This document shows, in pieces, positions 28,649 to 37,728 of a stretch of DNA of 64,000 bases; positions within the stretch are counted from its first letter, which is position 1, and each line of letters starts with the position of its first letter. The position numbers were made by a program, and so were the translations under genes. Below the pieces are notes generated by a model. The model saw only the letters and a program-made list of their open reading frames with translations, was not told the DNA's origin and ran no database searches. The stretch comes from SAR202 cluster bacterium (GTDB lineage: Bacteria; Chloroflexota; Dehalococcoidia; Lucifugimonadales; UBA6927), in assembly GCA_022447855.1 (NCBI GenBank), contig JAKUTX010000008.1, positions 3,987-67,986 on the forward strand, in the 5' to 3' direction.

Positions 28649-28760
28649 GGATCGGAATAACTACGGTGCATGACGGTAACATACGACACTTGGATTTAGC
28701 ACAGATCCAGTCCGTTACATCTTTTGCATAAACAAAGCCCCTATCGTTATGCACCGATCC
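28649..28760. ncRNA. candidate structured RNA/repeat element closed by a split terminal helix
   Basis: GGATCG(28649-54) plus GTGCAT(28666-71) pair with ATGCAC(28749-54) plus CGATCC(28755-60). Internal hairpin TGGAT-9nt-ATCCA (28691-28709). Contains the 21-mer shared with 61844-61864. Strand unknown. Confidence 0.3.
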
Positions 28761-28804
28761 TAACTAACTAGTTTGATGCAATGAAGTGACGAAGTAAAAC
28801 CGAC

Positions 28805-28999
28805 TTAATTTGCAGCAACCATATCCTGCCCACAGCACATCGGAGACTTAATTTTCCCATCGCCATTGGGACATTCAGCAACTGCCACTATTGAGCCATC
28901 ATCCTTAGTAATTTCCTTGTGTTCAAGAGATGTACCACACTTACCGCACGTTACATCACCAACTTCCATACCACAATCTGAACAACTATAATTAGCCAT
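28805..28999 (-). CDS. small Cys-rich metal-binding protein (zinc-ribbon / desulforedoxin-like C-terminus)
   Basis: 64 aa from the ATG at 28999 (GGAG upstream): MANYSCSDCG...CGKCG...ECPNGDGKIKSPMCCGQDMV. The CCG(E/Q)DM tail resembles desulforedoxin. The 146-aa track ORF is an artefactual extension across two tRNA genes. Confidence 0.6.
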   Translation of the reverse strand: MANYSCSDCGMEVGDVTCGKCGTSLEHKEITKDDGSIVAVAECPNGDGKIKSPMCCGQDMVAAN

Positions 29000-29033
29000 G
29001 ATGAACTCCTTACAAGTTTTGATTATATTACGG

Positions 29034-29062
29034 AATTTATTATTTTCAGTGATACATGTCAA
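29034..29062 (-). promoter_or_regulatory. possible sigma70-type promoter for the small Cys-rich gene
   Basis: On the minus strand: perfect TTGACA (29062-29057), a 17-nt spacer, then TAAATT (29039-29034). A TATAAT also lies at 29027-29022. Confidence 0.3.
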
Positions 29063-29111
29063 TATCTGAAAACAGCTATTTTGACTAAATGCATAAATAA
29101 ACAAATAAATG

Positions 29112-29184
29112 CGCGCCAGAAGGGATTCGAACCCCCAACCCTCAGTTCCGAAGACTGATGCTCTATCCGTTGAGCTACTGGCGC
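29112..29184 (-). tRNA. tRNA-Arg (anticodon UCG)
   Basis: Hand-folded cloverleaf. Acceptor GCGCCAG/CTGGCGC, D arm GCTC-AACGGATA-GAGC, anticodon stem TCAGT/ACTGA with loop CTTCGGA, T loop TTCGAAT. CCA is not encoded. Confidence 0.85.
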
Positions 29185-29202
29185 AAAAAATCATACATAT
29201 GA

Positions 29203-29280
29203 TGGGGTGAGCGAAGGGACTCGAACCCTCGATCTTCAGGGCCACAACCTGACGCCTTAACCAACTTGGCCACGCTCACC
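29203..29280 (-). tRNA. tRNA-His (anticodon GUG) with encoded G-1 and CCA
   Basis: Hand-folded. G(-1)+GTGAGCG/CGCTCAC+C73, anticodon stem TCAGG/CCTGA with loop TTGTGGC, T arm GAGGG-TTCGAGT-CCCTT, 3' CCA present. Confidence 0.9.
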
Positions 29281-29362
29281 ACTATATAGGCATTCTAGCA
29301 CCAGCAAAACATATGGTCAACGAATCAAAAAATTTAAACATAGACTTTCAGAAATTAAAGTT

Positions 29363-30877
29363 CTAGTTTTTATTATCAAAACTATTCTTAATTAATTGCA
29401 CAAATGTACGAACCGCGACTCCTGTAGCACCATTAATTTGAATGCCGGAATTTTTTGTCACTTTACTAGTTCCAGCAATATCTAAATGAACCCATGAGGA
29501 ATCTTTTGCAAATTCTCCAATAATCATAGCCCCTATAATTGATCCTGCTCCACCTGTACCAATATTGTTAATATCAGCTACATTACTTTTATATTGCTCT
29601 GCATATGCATCAGCCATAGGTAACTGCCACATATCTTCTCCAACTTCATTACCAGCACAAATTACTTTATCCGTCCATTCTTGATTATTCCCAAATGCTC
29701 CAATAAATTGATCTCCCAAGGCTACAGAAATTGCACCAGTTAGAGTTGCTACATCTACAATTTTAGAAATTTTTAATGAAACTGCATATGCCATAGCATC
29801 TGCAAGAACTAAACGTCCCTCAGCGTCTGTGTTACCAATTTCAATAGTTTTCCCATCCATTGTATTTACAACATCTCCTGGCCTCTGAGCTGACCCTCCA
29901 GGCATATTTTCAGTGGCTGGTACAATTCCAATCACATTTGCATTTAAACCCAACCTGGCAATCGCCTTTATAGTCGCTATTACTGCTGCCCCTCCAGCCA
30001 TATCTCCTTTCATAGATCTCATGCCTGAGGCTGATTTAATATCCAATCCTCCACTATCAAAAGTAATCCCTTTTCCTAAAATACCAATTGTTTCAGAGTC
30101 CTTCCGTTGATCAGAAAAATAACGCATTACTATAAATTTTGGAGGTTCGCTACTCCCCATAGACACACCTAACAATGCACCCATACCTAAATCAAGCATT
30201 TCTTTCCGATCAAGAATTTCTACAGATAAATTGTCTGAAAAGGATTCCAACTCTTTTGATAGCAAAGCCATCTTAGTAGGAGTCATATGGTTTGGAGGAT
30301 CATTTACCATATCACGAGCAAAGTTTACTGATTCAGCTATAATCAAGCCTGAGTTAATCCCCTGCTCTATTAAATCTTTATTTCGAAAGCCAATCAAAAT
30401 AAACTTAGTCACTGCATGTAATTTAGAATTATCAACCGATTTGTACTTTCCAAATTTGTACAAACCTAGTAAGGCAGCTTCTGAAGTCAATTGCCCGAAG
30501 ACAAAATCGTCAAATATTTCAAATACCTTTGGAGAAGACAAAATCGATATGGTTTCAATTGTTTTTATGTTGCTAAGCTTTCTAAAATTTTCAGCAAGCA
30601 AATTTCGAAAATGTTTAGAATCCAACTTTGCAAGTTCTCCGCAACCTAAAATCGCAACCCTCCTAGACTCTATATAGCCCAAAGTATGAACAATAGTCAT
30701 TGAGCCAAAATCTGTGTCAATCTCTCCATTTTTCAGCATATTTGAAATTTCATTATTTAACTGACAATCTAGATCTAAATAATTATCATCAAGCTTTTTT
30801 TGGTTAGCAAATACAAAAATTAGTAAAACATCCGTTTTTACAGTTTTAGCCTCAATTTGAACAACATCAAAATTCAT
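29363..30877 (-). CDS. pepA: leucyl aminopeptidase (M17 family)
   Basis: 504 aa. GKGITFDSGG, NTDAEGRLVLAD and ATLTGA motifs. Confidence 0.9.
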   Translation of the reverse strand: MNFDVVQIEAKTVKTDVLLIFVFANQKKLDDNYLDLDCQLNNEISNMLKNGEIDTDFGSMTIVHTLGYIESRRVAILGCGELAKLDSKHFRNLLAENFRKLSNIKTIETISILSSPKVFEIFDDFVFGQLTSEAALLGLYKFGKYKSVDNSKLHAVTKFILIGFRNKDLIEQGINSGLIIAESVNFARDMVNDPPNHMTPTKMALLSKELESFSDNLSVEILDRKEMLDLGMGALLGVSMGSSEPPKFIVMRYFSDQRKDSETIGILGKGITFDSGGLDIKSASGMRSMKGDMAGGAAVIATIKAIARLGLNANVIGIVPATENMPGGSAQRPGDVVNTMDGKTIEIGNTDAEGRLVLADAMAYAVSLKISKIVDVATLTGAISVALGDQFIGAFGNNQEWTDKVICAGNEVGEDMWQLPMADAYAEQYKSNVADINNIGTGGAGSIIGAMIIGEFAKDSSWVHLDIAGTSKVTKNSGIQINGATGVAVRTFVQLIKNSFDNKN

Positions 30878-31018
30878 TTCCCCTCCAATTTTTTCCTCAA
30901 TAACCTTTTCTTATATATTAAACACATTAATATTCAATCTGAGTTCAAATTACTTTACGTAAGCCTACATTCATTCTGATATAATTGCACCAGATTAAAT
31001 CTCTAATTGAGGTGTTAT

Positions 31019-32308
31019 ATGGGTAATTCTAATTCTCAACGAACTCAAGAAGAATTAATACAAATGGCCCAACTTTATTTTCCTGGCGGATCTACAGGAA
31101 ATAATACCCCTCCCCATTTACTTATAAACCAAGGTTCAGGAAGTAAAGTGTGGGATGCTGACGGAAATGAATATATAGATTATTTAATGGGTTCTGGCCC
31201 AATGATACTTGGCCACGCACATCCAGAAGTAACTGAAGTAGTCCAGGAGCAAGTTGCAAAGGGTACGACATTTTTTGCAAATAATGAACATGCAATTTTG
31301 CTTGCTGAAGCAATAGTGAAATCCGTCCCCTGTGCTGAAAATGTACGCTTCACTAGTAGTGGATCAGAAGCAACATTATATGCTATGAGAGCAGCTCGGT
31401 CCTATACAAGAAAAAATAAAATATTGAAGTTTGAAGGTGGTTTCCACGGAATGAATGATTACTCTTTAATGAGCATGATGCCCAAAGAGCCAATTCCATT
31501 TCCGCAAGCTCTACCCGACTCTTCTGGAATTCCTAATTCTGTACGTAATGAAATGTTAATTGCACCTTTTAATGACATCAATCTCACCACTGAAATTATT
31601 AACGAAAACGTTTCTGATATTGCAGGCGTTATAGTGGAACCACTACAAAGATTGATTCCTCCTGAAAAAGGTTTTCTGGAAGGACTTCGTGAGATAACAT
31701 CCTCTTACGGAATACCTCTAATATTTGACGAAATCGTTACAGGATACAGACTAGCCTATGGTGGAGCACAAGAATATTACGGTGTAACACCCGACTTATG
31801 TACTTTGGGGAAAATAATTGCAGGTGGGTATCCTCTAGCCATGATTGCTGGAAAAAAACAATTTTTAGATCATTTTGATCCACAAAATTCTAAAGGTCCA
31901 GATTACCTGCCACAAATTGGAACATTAAATGGAAATCCAATTGCTGCAGTTGCTGGACTGAAAACCTTAGAAATCCTCCGGCGCCCAGAAAGTTACAAGC
32001 AAATTTTCAAAGTTGGAAACATTTTAATAGATTCATTAAACCAACTCTTCAAGCAATCAGACATCCCCGCTCAAATCATTGGAGAACCTCCAGTATTCGA
32101 TATTTTCTTTACGTCAAATAAAATTACAGATTATCGATCAAGCCAACATGCAAACAAAGAACTTCTAATGAGATTCAATGAATTATTATTGCAAAAGAGA
32201 ATTTTCCGAGGTGATACCAAATTCTACACATCTCTTGCACATACTGATGAAGACATCTCAAAGACAATAGATGCATTTGCATTCGCAATTAAAAATCTTA
32301 GGGGATAA
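31019..32308 (+). CDS. class III PLP aminotransferase (glutamate-1-semialdehyde aminomutase-like family)
   Basis: SGSEATLYAMRAAR, FEGGFHG, DEIVTGYR and TLGKIIAGGYPLA (PLP Lys). ATG at 31019 with GAGGTG upstream. Not necessarily a true HemL. Confidence 0.85.
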   Translation: MGNSNSQRTQEELIQMAQLYFPGGSTGNNTPPHLLINQGSGSKVWDADGNEYIDYLMGSGPMILGHAHPEVTEVVQEQVAKGTTFFANNEHAILLAEAIVKSVPCAENVRFTSSGSEATLYAMRAARSYTRKNKILKFEGGFHGMNDYSLMSMMPKEPIPFPQALPDSSGIPNSVRNEMLIAPFNDINLTTEIINENVSDIAGVIVEPLQRLIPPEKGFLEGLREITSSYGIPLIFDEIVTGYRLAYGGAQEYYGVTPDLCTLGKIIAGGYPLAMIAGKKQFLDHFDPQNSKGPDYLPQIGTLNGNPIAAVAGLKTLEILRRPESYKQIFKVGNILIDSLNQLFKQSDIPAQIIGEPPVFDIFFTSNKITDYRSSQHANKELLMRFNELLLQKRIFRGDTKFYTSLAHTDEDISKTIDAFAFAIKNLRG

Positions 32309-32480
32309 CCACATTTTAATCACCTAGATTGATTTAATCCGTATCAAATTATCAATTTTGTATGTATTTTCATATTGACGAAGCCCACTTTTGGGGGATA
32401 GTCTTTAATTAGTTTCCGCTAGTTATTCTGGAACCTCACCAAAAATCTCTTTGTATATTTTGCCAAAATGGAGTTTAACA

Positions 32481-33317
32481 GTGAATCTTGGAAGTACATC
32501 TATAAATCTTGTTAGTGATGGAACTATGCTAAAAGACGGAGGATCAGTATTCGGTCAAATCCCGAAAACTGAATGGAGCCAACATATCACTCCTGATAGG
32601 AACAACCGAGTTAGACTGGGAATTAATTGCATGCTCATCCAAACCCCTGATGCAAACATACTAGTCAACGCAGGAACAGGATCCAAACAATCTGACAAAT
32701 TAAAAGATACTTTTGGTTTGACTGGAAACAAATTACTTAAAGGTCTCAGATCATTCGGAATTACTGCACGTGATGTGGATATTGTTATACTAAGTGATTT
32801 ATTTATTGAACATGGTGGAGGATGTACAAAAATGGATCGATCAGGCATGGCAGTCCCAACTTTCCCTAAAGCTCGTCATATTGTTCAAAAATCATCTTGG
32901 GAAGATGCACAGAATCCTAACGACCGATTTAATAACAGATTTAACCCGGAAGATTTTCTTCCTCTACAAGAAAAAAACCTAATCGAAATAATCGATGGTG
33001 ATACTGAAATAATTCCTGGGGTGAATATAAAAGTTACTAACGGGCCATCAATTGGACACCAAATAGTGCTCGTTGAGCGTGGAAGTGAAAAAGTAGCCTT
33101 TCTAAGCAACCTGATACCTACACCAATGCATTTAATGCCCAATTATATTGCTGCGTGGGACATGGACCCCAATAACACATTACTAGAAAAACAAAAAACT
33201 CTGACAAATGCTGTAAAAGATGGTTGGTTGGTTGTTTTTGGCCATGCCACAGAACACCCTGCAGGATACATTAGAGAAAGAAATGGCCGAGCTGAATTCC
33301 TACCTGTAGCCGTATAA
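32481..33317 (+). CDS. MBL-fold hydrolase-like protein with degenerate metal motif
   Basis: Overall lactamase_B-like layout, but the HxHxDH position reads LSDLFIEHGGG. GTG at 32481 preferred (GGAG 7 nt upstream); the track ORF starts at 32451. Confidence 0.55.
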   Translation: MNLGSTSINLVSDGTMLKDGGSVFGQIPKTEWSQHITPDRNNRVRLGINCMLIQTPDANILVNAGTGSKQSDKLKDTFGLTGNKLLKGLRSFGITARDVDIVILSDLFIEHGGGCTKMDRSGMAVPTFPKARHIVQKSSWEDAQNPNDRFNNRFNPEDFLPLQEKNLIEIIDGDTEIIPGVNIKVTNGPSIGHQIVLVERGSEKVAFLSNLIPTPMHLMPNYIAAWDMDPNNTLLEKQKTLTNAVKDGWLVVFGHATEHPAGYIRERNGRAEFLPVAV

Positions 33318-33330
33318 TTTTTTTTCATCC

Positions 33331-34650
33331 CTAATCGTTAGCATTCAAGATTTCAACCATCAATACATTTTCTGTTAAAGATATAATCTCCACATCTCTA
33401 ATTTGATTATGAAGTCTACTGCTTGAAAAACATTCAACGCGTAAATAGTCTTCAGTTAGTCCAGTCCATTTTAATGCTGATCCTACTTCGGTACATTCTT
33501 CCCATAACACTACTCGTTGCTCACCAATAAGGTTTTCTCTATATAATCTCTCTTTAACTTTTGAAAGATTCATTAGTTTTTTCATTCTAGTAGATTTAAT
33601 ATCAGAAACAATTTGGTTATCAAAATATTGGGCTGAAGTCCCTGGTCTTATAGAATAAGGAAAAACGTGTAATGAAGAAAAATCAATTTCATTACATAAT
33701 TCAAAAGTGTCTTGAAAATCATTGTCTGACTCGCCAGGAAAACCAACAATTACATCTGCCGTAATAGAACTGTTCGGAATTTGGTCCTGAATCATTTTAA
33801 TTGCATCAAAATACTCTATTGAAGTATATCTTCTACGCATTTTAGCAAGAATCAAATCGCTCCCACTCTGTAAAGGCATATGGAAATGCGGACAAACTCT
33901 TTCATTTTTGCAAATCGACAAAAATTTTTGATTAATATCTTGAGGCTGAAGAGAGGATATTCTAAGCCTTTTCAAATTCGTTTCGTCCAAAATCCTTTCT
34001 AACAAGCTATTCAGATCACAATTATCAAATTCAAATCCATAAGAACCTAACTGCGTGCCCGTAAGAACAATTTCATTGTACCCACCTTCAACAAAATCAT
34101 TAATTTGACTGAGAATAATATCTGGAGAGATACTTCTCTCTCTACCCCTAACTTTCGGCACAATACAATAAGCACAGACTTGATCACAGCCTTCTTGAAT
34201 CTTAACCATTCCCCTTGTACGAGAAATCCTTGGGGTCAAAACCTGAGACAAATCCGAACCTGTTGTGCAAGGAGTTAAATCATGCGCCACCAGCTCTTTA
34301 ACAAAACCTATTATTTTTGGCTTTTCTTTATTACCAATCACCAAATCAATTTCGGACAATTCTTTTAACTCATTCTCCGCTCTTTCTGCATAACAACCAG
34401 TAACTATTATCTTACAATCAGGTCGTTTTCTTCGGACAGATCTAATCGCCTGTCTTGCTTTCTTGTCAGCAACGTGAGTAACAGTACATGTGTTGATTAA
34501 ATAAATATCCGCATCCTCTAATGAATCAGTAATTTGGAATCCTGAATTAAGAAATTGGGCAGATAATTCAGTAGTATCCGCTTGATTAAGTTTACAACCA
34601 TGAGTTTGAAAATATACTGATGGAGTTGGATGTGAAACTATTGATGTCAT
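33331..34650 (-). CDS. mtaB: radical-SAM methylthiotransferase, MtaB-like (MiaB/RimO family)
   Basis: 439 aa. N-terminal UPF0004 Cys triad (HGCKLNQ...NTCTVT...TGCY), radical SAM motif CDQVCAYC, C-terminal TRAM-like region. Confidence 0.75.
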   Translation of the reverse strand: MTSIVSHPTPSVYFQTHGCKLNQADTTELSAQFLNSGFQITDSLEDADIYLINTCTVTHVADKKARQAIRSVRRKRPDCKIIVTGCYAERAENELKELSEIDLVIGNKEKPKIIGFVKELVAHDLTPCTTGSDLSQVLTPRISRTRGMVKIQEGCDQVCAYCIVPKVRGRERSISPDIILSQINDFVEGGYNEIVLTGTQLGSYGFEFDNCDLNSLLERILDETNLKRLRISSLQPQDINQKFLSICKNERVCPHFHMPLQSGSDLILAKMRRRYTSIEYFDAIKMIQDQIPNSSITADVIVGFPGESDNDFQDTFELCNEIDFSSLHVFPYSIRPGTSAQYFDNQIVSDIKSTRMKKLMNLSKVKERLYRENLIGEQRVVLWEECTEVGSALKWTGLTEDYLRVECFSSSRLHNQIRDVEIISLTENVLMVEILNAND

Positions 34651-34755
34651 TATTTACCTCATTAAAATGATTATAAATTATTTCATCCTATATCCCAAGC
34701 GTCCAATACGAAGGTTATGGTATAATTCAACTAGTTTTTATTTTAGGAGATCTCA

Positions 34756-35991
34756 ATGAATCAACGGGTTTACGTTACAGGACTTGGTGCGGTTAGTCCC
34801 GTTGGTTTAGACTTAGATTCTACCTGGGAATCACTCATACTCGGAAAATCCGGAATTAATCAAATTTCATCCTTTGAAACTTCGGAGTTGCTAACTACAA
34901 TCGCTGCGGAAATTACAGATTTTGATCCAATTGGTATTTTAGGATTGAAGGAATCAGCGAGAATGGATCGATTTGTACAACTTGCATGTGTTGCCAGTCT
35001 CGAGGCTGTATCCAACTCAAATCTTGAAATCAATTCTTCCAATTGCAATAGAATTTCAGTAAATATCGCCAGCGGAATAGGTGGCATTATAACTCTTTCA
35101 GAACAAATCCAAGTTATGGATAGTCGAGGACCTAGAAGAGTAAGTCCATTTTTGGTGCCAATGATGCTTCCAGACATGGCTTCTGGGCAAGTATCAATGT
35201 TACTCGGCGCAAAGGGACCAAACTATAGTGCGGTATCAGCTTGTTCAAGCAGTGCCGATTCCATTGGACTTGCATTAGAATCAGTTCGAAGAGGAGACGT
35301 AGACATAGCTATTGCAGGTGGCGCTGAAGCAGCTATTTGCCCAATTGGCATTGCTGGGTTCAGTTCTTGTAAAGCTTTGTCAAAACGTAATGAAGACCCG
35401 CAAAAAGCTTCTAGGCCATTTGATGCAGAACGTGATGGGTTTGTACTTGGCGAAGGGGCAGGCATATTGATTTTGGAAAGTGAATCTAGTGTTTCACAAC
35501 GTGGTGTCGAGCCCATAGCAGAAATTGCTGGATATGGATCTACCGCAGACGCACATCATATCACTCAACCTGCACCAGAAGGTGAAGGAGGTGCACGTGC
35601 AATGCAATTGGCTCTCAATCAAGCTAAAACTCAACCAAGGGATTTGTCATATATTAACGCTCATGGAACCTCAACTCCTCTTAATGACAAATACGAAACA
35701 ATGGCAATGAAAACTGTTTTGAAAGAAAACTCATATGACATCCCAATTAGCTCAACGAAATCAATGACTGGGCATTTATTAGGAGCCAGTGGAGCATTAG
35801 AGGCTGTAATATCAGTAATGTCTATCAAAAACTCAATAATCCCTCCTACAATCAATTTAGATAATCCGGATATTGAATGTGATTTGGACTATACACCACA
35901 CGTGGCAGCCCAAAAACCGATATCTGCGGTAATGAGTAACTCTTTTGGTTTTGGTGGACACAATGCTTCTTTAATTTTTCGATCTTGTTAA
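34756..35991 (+). CDS. fabF: beta-ketoacyl-ACP synthase II
   Basis: 411 aa. Active-site SACSSS, HGTSTP and SFGFGGHN motifs. Confidence 0.95.
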   Translation: MNQRVYVTGLGAVSPVGLDLDSTWESLILGKSGINQISSFETSELLTTIAAEITDFDPIGILGLKESARMDRFVQLACVASLEAVSNSNLEINSSNCNRISVNIASGIGGIITLSEQIQVMDSRGPRRVSPFLVPMMLPDMASGQVSMLLGAKGPNYSAVSACSSSADSIGLALESVRRGDVDIAIAGGAEAAICPIGIAGFSSCKALSKRNEDPQKASRPFDAERDGFVLGEGAGILILESESSVSQRGVEPIAEIAGYGSTADAHHITQPAPEGEGGARAMQLALNQAKTQPRDLSYINAHGTSTPLNDKYETMAMKTVLKENSYDIPISSTKSMTGHLLGASGALEAVISVMSIKNSIIPPTINLDNPDIECDLDYTPHVAAQKPISAVMSNSFGFGGHNASLIFRSC

Positions 35992-36028
35992 GCAACGCAA
36001 ATTAATATTCCAACCAAATTATCTGGGA

Positions 36029-37717
36029 TTGTGTGAAAATTTGAAATTCTGGAAATTCAAACCGAATGTACCTACTGAATTATCTCAAAATCTAGGATTA
36101 GATAGTTTCTCTGCACAATTACTATTCAATCGTAAAATTGAAACCTTAAAACAAGTTGAAATATTTTTGAATCCCAATCATGATTCACTAATCAATCCAT
36201 ATGATTTGCCAGAAATGGAATTAGCAGTAGAAAGAATCAAAACTGCTCTGGAAAACAATGAATCCATAGGGGTTTTCGGAGATTTTGATGTTGACGGGAT
36301 TTCCGCCACCGCAATATTGCTATCAACATTGAATGACTTTGGAATTTCTGCTTTCCCTTACATCCCCAACCGAGTTTCTGAAGGGCATGGCCTAAATCGA
36401 AAATCATTAGATTATTTCAAATCAAAAAATGTTTCTTTAATTATTACTGTCGACTGCGGTACAACAGACTTAGATGAAGTGTCTAATGCAAAATCCATGG
36501 GAATAGATGTAATTATTACAGACCATCATCTACCATTAGAATCCAGACCTAATTCTGCAGCACTCATCAATCCAAACTTGCCAGAATCTAACTATTCGAA
36601 CAAAAACCTCACTGGATCAGGTACAGCTTTTAAACTAGCTACCGCAATATACAATTCATTTAAAAAGCCTATTCCAAATACACTAATTCAATATGCTGCT
36701 TTAGGAACTATTTCCGATGTAGGAATTTTGAATCCCGAAAATAGATTCATCGTTTCTGAAGGAATTACTCAAATGCGAAATACACAATCAATTGGACTAA
36801 AAGCTTTGGCTGAAAAAAGTGGTACAAATCTAAACACAATTACTTCTCAAGATGCCGCATTCAAACTTATCCCAAGGTTAAACGCTCCTGGAAGACTTGA
36901 AAATGCAATTATTGCACTTGAAATACTTACAACTACCGATGAAAATACCGCTCACAAGGTTGCGATTGAACTAGAATCCTTAAATGAAAAAAGGAAATCT
37001 ATGACCTCGAAATCAATATTCCAAGCGCGAAATCAAACAAAATCTAATCAACTGGAAATTGATATTCAGGAAATAATAATTGTTCAACATAATGATTGGC
37101 ACCCTGGTATTATAGGTTTAATTGCTAATCAGCTTTCTGAACAATTCTCTAAACCCGCCATTGCCATTGCAACTAATGGGAAAAATAGTAAAGGTAGCGC
37201 CAGAAGTGTTGTCGATTTTAATATCATTGAGGCTCTAAAGGAATGTTCCGACATTCTTACAAAATTTGGAGGTCACTCAAAAGCCGCCGGGTTTACTATT
37301 GATGAAACTTTCATCCCAGAATTAATCAAAAGATTGGCTAACACTTCAAATAAAAAACACTCATCCGAAAGTAAAAGCAAGTTTGAAATAGAATGTACAA
37401 CTACTGTAAAAGAAGTAATTAATCATTTCGAATTCATTTTATCTTTAGAACCGTTTGGACCCGGGAACCCAACACCAATTTTTCTATCGCAAAGGATGAA
37501 AGTAATAAATGCTAAAACCGTTGGGCATACAAAAGATCACTTAAAAATGACACTCTCTGACAATGAAAAATACTATGACTCAATTGGTTTTGGACTGGGG
37601 AACTTAATTGGTCAATCAAATGGATACATCGACATAATTTATCAAATAAGTGAAAATACTTGGAACGGAATGACAAACTTTCAACTTATCATTAAAGATT
37701 TCGTCAAATCAGAATAA
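36029..37717 (+). CDS. recJ: single-stranded-DNA-specific exonuclease RecJ
   Basis: 562 aa. DHH-family motifs GDFDVDGISA, ITVDCGT, ITDHH and GGHSKAAG. Confidence 0.9.
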   Translation: MCENLKFWKFKPNVPTELSQNLGLDSFSAQLLFNRKIETLKQVEIFLNPNHDSLINPYDLPEMELAVERIKTALENNESIGVFGDFDVDGISATAILLSTLNDFGISAFPYIPNRVSEGHGLNRKSLDYFKSKNVSLIITVDCGTTDLDEVSNAKSMGIDVIITDHHLPLESRPNSAALINPNLPESNYSNKNLTGSGTAFKLATAIYNSFKKPIPNTLIQYAALGTISDVGILNPENRFIVSEGITQMRNTQSIGLKALAEKSGTNLNTITSQDAAFKLIPRLNAPGRLENAIIALEILTTTDENTAHKVAIELESLNEKRKSMTSKSIFQARNQTKSNQLEIDIQEIIIVQHNDWHPGIIGLIANQLSEQFSKPAIAIATNGKNSKGSARSVVDFNIIEALKECSDILTKFGGHSKAAGFTIDETFIPELIKRLANTSNKKHSSESKSKFEIECTTTVKEVINHFEFILSLEPFGPGNPTPIFLSQRMKVINAKTVGHTKDHLKMTLSDNEKYYDSIGFGLGNLIGQSNGYIDIIYQISENTWNGMTNFQLIIKDFVKSE

Positions 37718-37728
37718 TCTGAAGCAAC

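Noticed and set aside
28805-29245. 146-aa track ORF on the minus strand.
   Set aside because: Its N-terminal 82 codons run straight through tRNA-Arg and tRNA-His. The real gene starts at the internal ATG at 28999, which has a GGAG RBS.
23290-29280. Possible genomic island integrated at the tRNA-Arg/tRNA-His locus. The region holds orphan genes, the two-component system and AT-rich spacers.
   Set aside because: - No integrase or mobility gene is present.
- I could not find a direct repeat of either tRNA 3' end in the candidate region.
- The composition of the genes looks like the rest of the window.
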